Made by a program: the position numbers and the translations under genes. From IMG/VR virus record IMGVR_UViG_3300045988_142756: a stretch of 64,000 nt of DNA; one strand, written 5' to 3'. The notes under the pieces are model-generated. The model searched no databases. It was not told the DNA's origin and saw only the letters and a list, made by a program, of their open reading frames with translations. The number at the start of each line of letters is the position of its first letter. Position 1 is the first letter of the stretch. This document shows, piece by piece, positions 32,053 through 40,783 of this stretch. Source of the stretch: a virus.

Positions 32053-32736
32053 ATGGCATTAGTATCTATATTTGAATCCGATAAAGAAAACGGAAAAACA
32101 TATTATTTTAGAACTGCAAGTAATGTATCACCTACTATGCGTACTTCTCTTACATCTTACCCGACAACGGAAGGTACACCTATAGCTGACCACGCATATA
32201 GAAATCCTGCACAAATATCTATGGTTATATCAGCGAGTTTATATGGCAGTGCTAATAATATTTTCTATTATAATTCAAAAGGACAAGAAGTTGCATTAAC
32301 TTCTCCTCAGGTTAAATTACTAATAAAAGAATGGAAGGATAATTCTTATAGGTTGACCATAAATACCCGTGAGAGTGATAAATTTGTAAAGTTCAATAAT
32401 ATGGTTATTACCAACTTAACTTGGTCAGAAGACGGTGTAACATTAGGTGTATGGGAACCTACAATATCTTTTGAAGAAATTCGTATAGCATCAGTATTAG
32501 TTAAACAAATAAAGTTTCCTGCAACTAAGGCAGTTAAAGCAAATAATAATAGTCAATCGAACGCAGGCAATGACCAAGGAACCGCTGTTGCTACTGACTT
32601 TTTTGGAACAATAGGCGGTTACGCTGTAAAAGGTACTTTTATAGGCGGTATAACAGGCCATCCTATAATTGGTGCTTGTTTAGGAGCAGCAGTAGGTTTT
32701 GGAAGATGGTTAGGTAGAAAAATAGCAGGCAGATAA
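32053..32736 (+). CDS. tail/baseplate protein (XkdP position) with a C-terminal glycine-zipper segment
   Basis: TSYPTTEGTPIADHAY motif. C-terminal GGYAVKGTFIGGITGHPIIGACLGAAVGFG. Confidence 0.5.
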   Translation: MALVSIFESDKENGKTYYFRTASNVSPTMRTSLTSYPTTEGTPIADHAYRNPAQISMVISASLYGSANNIFYYNSKGQEVALTSPQVKLLIKEWKDNSYRLTINTRESDKFVKFNNMVITNLTWSEDGVTLGVWEPTISFEEIRIASVLVKQIKFPATKAVKANNNSQSNAGNDQGTAVATDFFGTIGGYAVKGTFIGGITGHPIIGACLGAAVGFGRWLGRKIAGR

Positions 32737-32738
32737 TT

Positions 32739-33134
32739 ATGGAAGAACAAGCAACTCAAACTTTATATTATTTAGCATTTAGAGATAATGTACCTTATTC
32801 GTTTACTCATATTATTAAAGGTACTACATTTAAGATTTACCTTAAATACGATAATTTAGCGGATAGATATTATATTGATATTTATAGACTTGAAAATAAC
32901 AAATACGTACCTAAAGTATATGGACTTTACCTTACAACTGGTGCGAATATAGTTAGTCAGTATCAATATCTTGACTTAGGTCAATTATATATAGTGCCTA
33001 AAACAGATGAATATTATGGGTTTTTAGAAACTGGAAAAATAAATGTTGAAGGTTCAATAGAAACTACTTACGGCTCTTATCCTACCGCTGACACTATTGT
33101 CAACGGTTTTATGATGTTGTGGCAACACGAATAG
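32739..33134 (+). CDS. hypothetical baseplate-region protein
   Basis: 131 aa. Confidence 0.5.
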   Translation: MEEQATQTLYYLAFRDNVPYSFTHIIKGTTFKIYLKYDNLADRYYIDIYRLENNKYVPKVYGLYLTTGANIVSQYQYLDLGQLYIVPKTDEYYGFLETGKINVEGSIETTYGSYPTADTIVNGFMMLWQHE

Positions 33135-33137
33135 AAA

Positions 33138-34106
33138 ATGTTTGGAAGATTATTTGACATCACAGTTGTTAGTCCTATTGGTGAATCTACTTTACTTGTA
33201 GACCATACCAAAGGTGTTGATAACTTTATAGTTAAAGGTACTATAAGTAGATTTCCTTATACAGAAGTAGATACATTAGAGATAAATATATATAATTTAG
33301 CACCGCGATTATTAGGTCAGTTATATGCAAATCATTATTTTGATGGCGGGTTAATATATATTGATTTCGGGTATAAGGATACAGGTCCCTTACAAAGAAT
33401 ATTTGCGGGTAATATACAAAGAGCAATATTATCAAGACCTGATGCTGTAACAAATTGTGTAACTATCTATGCTTTTGACTGTGGTGATTTTGTTAATTAT
33501 GGATTCTTTGGCAAAACGTATGAAGATGGTTATAATATGTACGCGATAGCCCAAGATATATTGAAAGAAAATAATGTAACTAATTATCAGTTATCTGAAA
33601 AACTTAAAAATTTCAAATCTTATGGTACACAAACATATTCAGGGTCTGCGGATAAATATCTTAGTAATATCGCCGAACAGTGTGGAATGTATTATAAGAA
33701 AGAAAATATGCTGCTTAAAATGATTACTCCCGAAGAAGGTAGTCTTGAAGATGTAGTATATTTCACAACAAAAACTGACGGCAAAGTAACGTCAATGTCA
33801 GGTCTTATAGGTATTCCAAGATTAACTAATGACGGATTACATTTTAATTGTTTAATAAATCCTAAATTATCTATTTATGGTGTTTGTTATATTGATAACA
33901 GTATTATTTCAATAAGTCAAACGGAAGCAATACCAAGTAGTGTACAAATAGGTGCAACACTTGCAACAAACGGTATGTATAGAATAGTTAAGATGACTAC
34001 GACTTTTTCTAATAACGACGAAGAAAATTCAATGGCTATAAAAGCGTTAGCAAAAGATTTCTATGACCAATATACCGTAGACCAAGCAGCAACGAGGCGA
34101 AATTAA
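33138..34106 (+). CDS. baseplate hub-like protein (XkdQ / gpD position)
   Basis: 322 aa. Call based on synteny with the PBSX-type baseplate order. Confidence 0.45.
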   Translation: MFGRLFDITVVSPIGESTLLVDHTKGVDNFIVKGTISRFPYTEVDTLEINIYNLAPRLLGQLYANHYFDGGLIYIDFGYKDTGPLQRIFAGNIQRAILSRPDAVTNCVTIYAFDCGDFVNYGFFGKTYEDGYNMYAIAQDILKENNVTNYQLSEKLKNFKSYGTQTYSGSADKYLSNIAEQCGMYYKKENMLLKMITPEEGSLEDVVYFTTKTDGKVTSMSGLIGIPRLTNDGLHFNCLINPKLSIYGVCYIDNSIISISQTEAIPSSVQIGATLATNGMYRIVKMTTTFSNNDEENSMAIKALAKDFYDQYTVDQAATRRN

Positions 34107-34571
34107 ATGATAAATAAAACAAGTATTGAAGAAAGCCCTATTGGAAATTTAGCACAAGTACAAAATAATGTTATGACAAATATGCGTTGTCATACTTTTG
34201 CCAAAGTTACAGCAGTATATGTAGATGGTAAGAATGAGCAACAAACAGATGAATATGGTAATACTTATACTATAAAAAGGGCTAAAAATACAATAGATGT
34301 TGAACCTATTGTACAAGAATCTCGACAAAAATATAATATAAATAATAAAAAAGTAGAAGAAACTTATTATAATATTTCAAAAATATGTAATATACCTTAT
34401 ATTACAAGTTGGAAACCAAAAGTCGGGGATTATTGTGTACTATTACATTTAGATAGGTCAATTAAAAGTTTAGTCTTAGGCAATACAAACGATAATCAAC
34501 TTAAAAGTAATGGAAATTTACACGATTTGAATGATTGTGTAGCAATAGGACCATTTGGTCCTTTCAAATAA
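34107..34571 (+). CDS. baseplate spike or plug-like protein (XkdR / gpV position)
   Basis: 154 aa. Call based on synteny. Confidence 0.4.
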   Translation: MINKTSIEESPIGNLAQVQNNVMTNMRCHTFAKVTAVYVDGKNEQQTDEYGNTYTIKRAKNTIDVEPIVQESRQKYNINNKKVEETYYNISKICNIPYITSWKPKVGDYCVLLHLDRSIKSLVLGNTNDNQLKSNGNLHDLNDCVAIGPFGPFK

Positions 34572-34584
34572 ATAGAGGTTAAGT

Positions 34585-34932
34585 ATGAGAGTGATACGAA
34601 CAGTAAAAGATACATCAGGAAAATTTAAGTTAATGATTCCCACAAAATTAGACAGTAAAGAAAGTTATTGTTTCGGTGCGGAAGCAGTTAAGCAAAATGT
34701 TGAAGATAGATTAAGAATAATTCAAGGAGAATATTACTTAAATACTACTCTTGGCGTACCATTAGTGAGAAATAAAGACGTAACAGATTTAGCAATACAG
34801 AATGTTATATTAGATACAGAAGGAGTTAGTAAAATTAAAAAATTTACAAGTTCTCTTTATCCTAATAGAAAATATACAGCGTATATAGAAATCGTAACAG
34901 AAACCGGAGAAGATATTCAAATTCAAATATAA
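34585..34932 (+). CDS. baseplate wedge protein, gp25 / gpW / XkdS-like
   Basis: 115 aa; AVKQNVEDRLRIIQGEYYLNTTLGVPL pattern. Precedes the J-like gene. Confidence 0.5.
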   Translation: MRVIRTVKDTSGKFKLMIPTKLDSKESYCFGAEAVKQNVEDRLRIIQGEYYLNTTLGVPLVRNKDVTDLAIQNVILDTEGVSKIKKFTSSLYPNRKYTAYIEIVTETGEDIQIQI

Positions 34933-34949
34933 ATATTATACTCAAATAA

Positions 34950-34966
34950 TATAATATTGTTGTAAA
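34950..34966 (+). promoter_or_regulatory. candidate late-type core TATAAT-N5-TGTAAA
   Basis: TATAAT 34950, TGTAAA 34961, 12 nt before ATG 34978. Confidence 0.3.
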
Positions 34967-34977
34967 GGAAAATTACT

Positions 34978-36015
34978 ATGGCAGACACAAAATTGATAGA
35001 ATTTACGAAAGAAGGATTAAGAACTTCTACTAAACCAGAAATATTAAATGTCTTAACAAATATGACTGTTGAGGCGTTTGGTTCTGACTTCGCAGTAGAC
35101 GAAGGCTCGGCTTGGTATATATTTTTAGATAGTTTATCTAATTCATTAGATAATGTTTGTACAGCGGCAAGAGAATTATATAATGCTCAAGGTATTATAA
35201 ATGCTAATGGTTCTAATTTAGATAACATAGTATCGCTTGCTGGTATATATAGAAAGAAAGATGAAGCCGATGAACAATTAAGAAATAGAGCAATTAAATC
35301 AGTATATTCTACCGCTACTTCTGTCGCAGAGAGTTTAGAATCTGCTTTACTTCAACTTGATTATATAGAATTTGCAAGGGTGATTGATAACCCACAAGAT
35401 ACGAATATGACAGTAGGTGACGTAACTATTGCACCACATAATATATGGGTATTAGTTAAAGTAAAAGATGGTATAAGTATAGACCCTAACGATACTACTA
35501 CTGGTGGTGCAAAACGCGAAAAAGAAATAGCAGGAATAATTCTACACTACAAATCGTTAGGTAGTGGTACTATGAATACGCTTAAAACAGAAAACAACCA
35601 GACGACAGAATCCGTAACTGGTACAACAAGTCACACAGCAAATGTATCTATAGATGGTGTTGATTATACAATAAAATTTAACGAGATTGGTTCACAAGAT
35701 ATATTTGTCAACGTAACATTAAATATAGAACAAGCGTATGAAGATAAAAAGAAGACAATACAAAAATCCGTACAAAAGGCTATTGTAGACTATATAAATT
35801 CTTTAGGTATAGGACAAGATGTATTGATGAGTCGAGTTGTTTCCGCAATAAGTGATACGAATACTTATACTGATTACGGATTTGATGTAAAAACTATTAC
35901 GATTGGTGACACTGCTGAACCTACAGGTACAATGGTTACTATACCTGTTTATAAACGAGCAGTAACAGTTAATAGTAAAGTTAAGATAGATGGTTCGGAC
36001 CCTTCTGCAGAATAA
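34978..36015 (+). CDS. baseplate J-like protein (gp6 / gpJ / XkdT-like)
   Basis: 345 aa. The N-terminal region fits the Baseplate_J pattern (...AFGSDFAVDEGSAWY...GSNLDNIVSLAGIYRK). Confidence 0.65.
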   Translation: MADTKLIEFTKEGLRTSTKPEILNVLTNMTVEAFGSDFAVDEGSAWYIFLDSLSNSLDNVCTAARELYNAQGIINANGSNLDNIVSLAGIYRKKDEADEQLRNRAIKSVYSTATSVAESLESALLQLDYIEFARVIDNPQDTNMTVGDVTIAPHNIWVLVKVKDGISIDPNDTTTGGAKREKEIAGIILHYKSLGSGTMNTLKTENNQTTESVTGTTSHTANVSIDGVDYTIKFNEIGSQDIFVNVTLNIEQAYEDKKKTIQKSVQKAIVDYINSLGIGQDVLMSRVVSAISDTNTYTDYGFDVKTITIGDTAEPTGTMVTIPVYKRAVTVNSKVKIDGSDPSAE

Positions 36016-36077
36016 GACAGTAACAAAACACAATCGAGTAAATAAGCACAGACTAATAACTAATATATAGGTAATTT

Positions 36078-39000
36078 ATGACATATACATTTAATGGCAG
36101 CGAAAATAAAATAACTAAATTACTTCCGGCTTACATCTTTAACTATTCTTATGATAATGGAAAAGGTGATGACGGAAAAGGGTTATTTCTTTTTATTAAA
36201 TATTTAACGAATTATATCGAAACTGCTAATGAGGCACTCGATAAGATTTGTAGTGAGTTAAATGTAAATAGTAGTAATACATATATACTTGATATATTAG
36301 CGAAGAAATTAGGGGTTGAAATACCTACTACTATAACGTCAGTAGAAGATAAACAAACTGTCTTAAAAGGCAAAATTATGACTATATCCTCTACGGGTTG
36401 TGCTCAGGCACTTATTGATACGATATACGGTTTATACCCTGATTGGCACAACTATGATAGTTTTGGTACACCTATTGAAGTAGGAAATACTATATATAAA
36501 TTATTTTGTAATACAACAGAAACCCCAAATATATCAGAATTAGGTTGGGATAATGCAGATGAAACAACAACCACGACAGACATAGACGGATTTGAAACAG
36601 TAACAAAAATATTAAATGTTTTAGTAAGTACAACAGGTCCGGTGGTGCAGTTAGTACAAAAAACATCTAACGGACTTGAAGGCTATTCTGTAATCGTACA
36701 TTATACAACAGAAGAAGACAATGTTAATGTAATATCTTATAAAGATAAGAATACTTGTGATATAGAAGATTTAGTAGACAGTAATAATATGGTTACTGCT
36801 ATTTCTCCTGAAATTGATGAAATCAGGTCGTTTATCGCAAGTCAAAAGACATTCTATGCTATATCAAATAATACATATAATTATCCTGATGTGAAAGATA
36901 TGTATTATAATTCATACAGAACTATTAAATATACTACTAATTGGAAAAATTATACCTGGCAAAATTTACCTAACGATATAAGTAAGGGTGATATATGGCA
37001 AGATAATGATGGTAATATATACGCATCAAATCAAGGTCTTCAGTGTAAATTGAATAAACAAACCTTTACGTGGGAACCTATGTTCTGGAAAGGTTTAACA
37101 TCTTTTTATCGTCAAGGTATCTGGACTGATGGTGAAAAAATATATTATTCTTATGAGGATGAAAATAATAATCAATTAAATTATGAATTAGAGAATAATT
37201 ATACTTGGATACCTAAAACTTGGTATGGTTTAGATACGTTACTTTCAGATGGTGGATATTTTAGAGGCGGAGATGTATGGTCTGATGGCGAAAAGATGTA
37301 TTGTTCCACACAATTTATATTATCTGGAGGAACTACTAAATATTATAATTATGTATTAAAACCTGACACCTCTACCTGGTCTCTACAAACTTGGCAGGGT
37401 TTAACTAATATACAAACATCCAAATTATTTTATTATAAAGAACAGGTTTTATATTGTGATGGTACAACTTATTATACATTAAACATTGGTACTAATAATT
37501 GGGAATCGCATATGTGGCCTGACAAAATAGATATAAGTGCTAAATATATATGGTCAGATGGTAGTGATTATTATTATTTATCTTCATACGGAGAAAGGTA
37601 TAAATTAAATCAAACTTCTTTTACTTGGGAACCTATAACTTGGACAGGATTAGACGATATAAGTAATCCTACAGGTCAGTTAATATGGCATTTTGATAAT
37701 AATGTTTTTTATGGGTTTACTAAACGATTAGTCACTGTTAATAGTGATAAAGTTATTGTTGATAGAAAAAGATTAAATAATAATTATCAAAAGGTATTTA
37801 CAACTCCCGAAATAGGAAACGATGGTGATTTTCAAAGAGAAATATTCTACGACCTTAGTGGAACTTCCACACCATTCAAAGATAATACTATAGACGGACG
37901 TTATATCTGGAAAAATAGTAAAGGTACTATATATTATAATAATTTCACCCTATCAGCATTTTTTTACCGACAGACAAGACAATTTGAAAATAAAACTTGG
38001 GAAGTACCAGAAGGCACAAAATTACAATCGGGTCGTGATATATATAACATTGATAATACTACTTATTATACTTATAGTGAAAATGATACTGTAACACCTA
38101 TAAATTTACAACTTGTTACAGATTCAGTGTGGGTAAATAAACAATGGGGAACCTCTGATATTAGAGAGGGTAGAAAAGTATGGAAAACTAAAGATAATAT
38201 ATATTACGGAAATACATATAAATTTATTGACAAATACGATTTTAATTTTAAGTTATGGAAAGGATTAGAAGGGGCAGGAGTAGATAGTTTTATTAAGGGT
38301 AGATATATATGGGAATTTGATGATAATATATATTATTCAAATAATACTGAACAATACCGCTTGGTAAAACATACTTCTACTTGGACTTCTATATCTTGGC
38401 CAGGTTATAATAAAATAATTGGTAGTTATATATGGAAAACAAAAAATAATATTTATTATTCATATCAAGATGACCATTATATATTAAAAATATACCCTGA
38501 TTCTCACGTAAACTGGGAGCAAGTTACTTGGCCAGGTTTAACGACTTTTGATGGTGACCATATATGGAGTGATGGTAATAATACATATTATTCAGATGTT
38601 GATGTTATATCTGGCAGTTTAATATCTCGACAGTATAAACTCAACGAACAATTATTAAAGTGGGAGCCTATAACTTGGAATGGTTATAATAATATTAGTG
38701 GTGAAAACATATGTACAATAAATAATAGTATATATTATTTAGCAATGAATAATGTATGTTATAAAATTAACACTGAATCATTAACTTGTGAAAAGGTATC
38801 ACTTTTTGTAGGAAGTCCAGTAGATGTTTATGGGAAACACATATGGCACGATGGTTCAGACACATATTATTCTTTTTATTCAGAACAGTATAAATTTAAT
38901 AATGTAACAGGTAAATTTGAAAAAATCACTTGGTTATCTCGTCCTGAACTTGGTATAGATATATGGCACTATGGAACGGATACTTATTATTCAACAAATG

Positions 39001-39956
39001 CGGAAAAAGAATTTGCGGATACTGAGGTAAAAAATAGTAAATTAGAATATATTAAATTACCAACATCAATAACTTGGTCTAATGTACCGGACAACTTTGA
39101 CCCTGTAAATATATGGCATATAGGGGATATAACTTATTATTCACAAGGTGAAACACATAAAATAATAAATGAAGATACTATGTCGTTTGATAACTTTACA
39201 GAATGGAAAGGATTAGATAATTTTAGTGGTGAATATATCTGGAAAAGTAATAATAATGTATATTATACCTCGCCAGAAATTGGCACTTATATATTAGATA
39301 TAGGAACACATACTTGGTCGCCAAAAAGTTGGGTAAGTAACCATATTAAAGATAATTCTGAAATAAATACAGGTAATTATATCTGGTCAGACGGTATAAG
39401 AACATATTATTCAAATAATTACGTATTGAACGATTATACAGATAGTGTTTCAGTAGATTGTTCATTTACAGACAATAAATTATCTGTTAAATCACAATTA
39501 ACGAGAAAATATACTGTGAATCCTTTATATTATTCGATTCGTTTACAAGCACCGTCATACGCATTAGATATGATAAAATTACCAAATAATTTATTGGGTT
39601 GGCATTCTCCTGATGGTATAGAATCACCAGTTATAGAGGTTGCAATAATAAACAATGTAACTGATAAAGTACCAACATCTTTTGAAATAATACGTGAAAA
39701 ATATCAAAATGAGTGGGGCAGATATATAGATAAAGATGATGACTTTAACCCTATTATTAACAAGGCAGTATCTGTAATAGATACGAGTAGTTTATTACAA
39801 GGTGCACAAAATATGCACTATGAAGTAATAATAGGTGGTGTGGATAAAGACGGTAATCCAGGACCTAACTTAACTGCTTCACAAAAAGATATTATAACAA
39901 AATATTTGATACCGAAATTTTTAGGAGTTTCTTACGAGGTAAAATTTAAGCAATGA
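36078..39956 (+). CDS. baseplate-attached giant protein: gpI/XkdU-like N-terminus plus about 16-18 aromatic ~45-aa repeats (putative beta-propellers)
   Basis: N-terminal KLLPAYIF... Repeats follow the pattern W.GL....G..IW.DG...YYS....Y.L....W. Confidence 0.7.
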   Translation: MTYTFNGSENKITKLLPAYIFNYSYDNGKGDDGKGLFLFIKYLTNYIETANEALDKICSELNVNSSNTYILDILAKKLGVEIPTTITSVEDKQTVLKGKIMTISSTGCAQALIDTIYGLYPDWHNYDSFGTPIEVGNTIYKLFCNTTETPNISELGWDNADETTTTTDIDGFETVTKILNVLVSTTGPVVQLVQKTSNGLEGYSVIVHYTTEEDNVNVISYKDKNTCDIEDLVDSNNMVTAISPEIDEIRSFIASQKTFYAISNNTYNYPDVKDMYYNSYRTIKYTTNWKNYTWQNLPNDISKGDIWQDNDGNIYASNQGLQCKLNKQTFTWEPMFWKGLTSFYRQGIWTDGEKIYYSYEDENNNQLNYELENNYTWIPKTWYGLDTLLSDGGYFRGGDVWSDGEKMYCSTQFILSGGTTKYYNYVLKPDTSTWSLQTWQGLTNIQTSKLFYYKEQVLYCDGTTYYTLNIGTNNWESHMWPDKIDISAKYIWSDGSDYYYLSSYGERYKLNQTSFTWEPITWTGLDDISNPTGQLIWHFDNNVFYGFTKRLVTVNSDKVIVDRKRLNNNYQKVFTTPEIGNDGDFQREIFYDLSGTSTPFKDNTIDGRYIWKNSKGTIYYNNFTLSAFFYRQTRQFENKTWEVPEGTKLQSGRDIYNIDNTTYYTYSENDTVTPINLQLVTDSVWVNKQWGTSDIREGRKVWKTKDNIYYGNTYKFIDKYDFNFKLWKGLEGAGVDSFIKGRYIWEFDDNIYYSNNTEQYRLVKHTSTWTSISWPGYNKIIGSYIWKTKNNIYYSYQDDHYILKIYPDSHVNWEQVTWPGLTTFDGDHIWSDGNNTYYSDVDVISGSLISRQYKLNEQLLKWEPITWNGYNNISGENICTINNSIYYLAMNNVCYKINTESLTCEKVSLFVGSPVDVYGKHIWHDGSDTYYSFYSEQYKFNNVTGKFEKITWLSRPELGIDIWHYGTDTYYSTNAEKEFADTEVKNSKLEYIKLPTSITWSNVPDNFDPVNIWHIGDITYYSQGETHKIINEDTMSFDNFTEWKGLDNFSGEYIWKSNNNVYYTSPEIGTYILDIGTHTWSPKSWVSNHIKDNSEINTGNYIWSDGIRTYYSNNYVLNDYTDSVSVDCSFTDNKLSVKSQLTRKYTVNPLYYSIRLQAPSYALDMIKLPNNLLGWHSPDGIESPVIEVAIINNVTDKVPTSFEIIREKYQNEWGRYIDKDDDFNPIINKAVSVIDTSSLLQGAQNMHYEVIIGGVDKDGNPGPNLTASQKDIITKYLIPKFLGVSYEVKFKQ

Positions 39957-40387
39957 ATACTATCATAATAACAGTAACAGAACAATTTAAGTTAAAAGTT
40001 GACCCAAATATAATTCTTAATAAAGGCAGTTATGGGGTAGACAAAATTCACTTTGACTTCCTCGCCCCTTTAAGCAAAGAGGATTTTGTCACCTATGCTG
40101 TCTTAAAATTAAATCGTCATACTTCATATAATGTATTCTTAGATGCTAATAATGATATTATAATTCCAAAGTATGCTACATACGAAAGTGGTTCTTGTCA
40201 TATAAGTTTAAGAGCAGTTATTGTAGATACAGAATATATAAGTATAGATGACTATAAAGAAATTATGTCGGGTAGCCCACAAGTAAGAGAAATAGAAAGT
40301 TACTTACAAGGTAGAAATTGCAGTGGGTGTGAAGACTTAGAAAAGGCAGTAATAACAACAAACGATTATAAATTCGTAGTGGAGTAA
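39953..40387 (+). CDS. hypothetical tail-fibre-region protein
   Basis: ATGA overlap; 144 aa. Confidence 0.55.
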   Translation: MNTIIITVTEQFKLKVDPNIILNKGSYGVDKIHFDFLAPLSKEDFVTYAVLKLNRHTSYNVFLDANNDIIIPKYATYESGSCHISLRAVIVDTEYISIDDYKEIMSGSPQVREIESYLQGRNCSGCEDLEKAVITTNDYKFVVE

Positions 40388-40390
40388 TAT

Positions 40391-40783
40391 ATGGCAAATA
40401 AATTATTATACGAACCAAGAAGCCCTCGTGGCGACCACGGAAAGTTGGTTATTGATAATAGAGTACCTTTAAGTATTCCATTTTATTTTGAGTGGAATGA
40501 TTATGACGAGTTTAATAAACCTATCCCGCATATAATTAAAGATACGGATATTATAAAAGGTGTATTAAAAGAACAAGCACGATACAATGCAGATATATTA
40601 ACATTTGAATTTAGAAATGTTATAAATAATACAATATTATTAGAGATACCTACAAAAGATTTACAAATTCTTAGACCCGGTATTGAGTATGTATTAGGGT
40701 TTACATTATACTCAAATGAAGATACACCAGAATTAGCGTTACTTAAAGAATTACCAGTAGTTGTTGAGAGGGTTATGGTATGA
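40391..40783 (+). CDS. hypothetical tail-fibre-region protein
   Basis: GGAG RBS; 130 aa. Confidence 0.55.
   Translation: MANKLLYEPRSPRGDHGKLVIDNRVPLSIPFYFEWNDYDEFNKPIPHIIKDTDIIKGVLKEQARYNADILTFEFRNVINNTILLEIPTKDLQILRPGIEYVLGFTLYSNEDTPELALLKELPVVVERVMV

Noticed and set aside
33132-34109. Consecutive same-frame genes separated by a single stop: 32739/33138/34107, 39953/40391 and 44104/44518. These were considered as further read-through candidates.
   Set aside because: Each downstream gene has its own ATG and, in most cases, its own RBS. The stops are TAA or TAG. No conserved domain is visibly interrupted. Sharing a frame has a one-in-three chance expectation.
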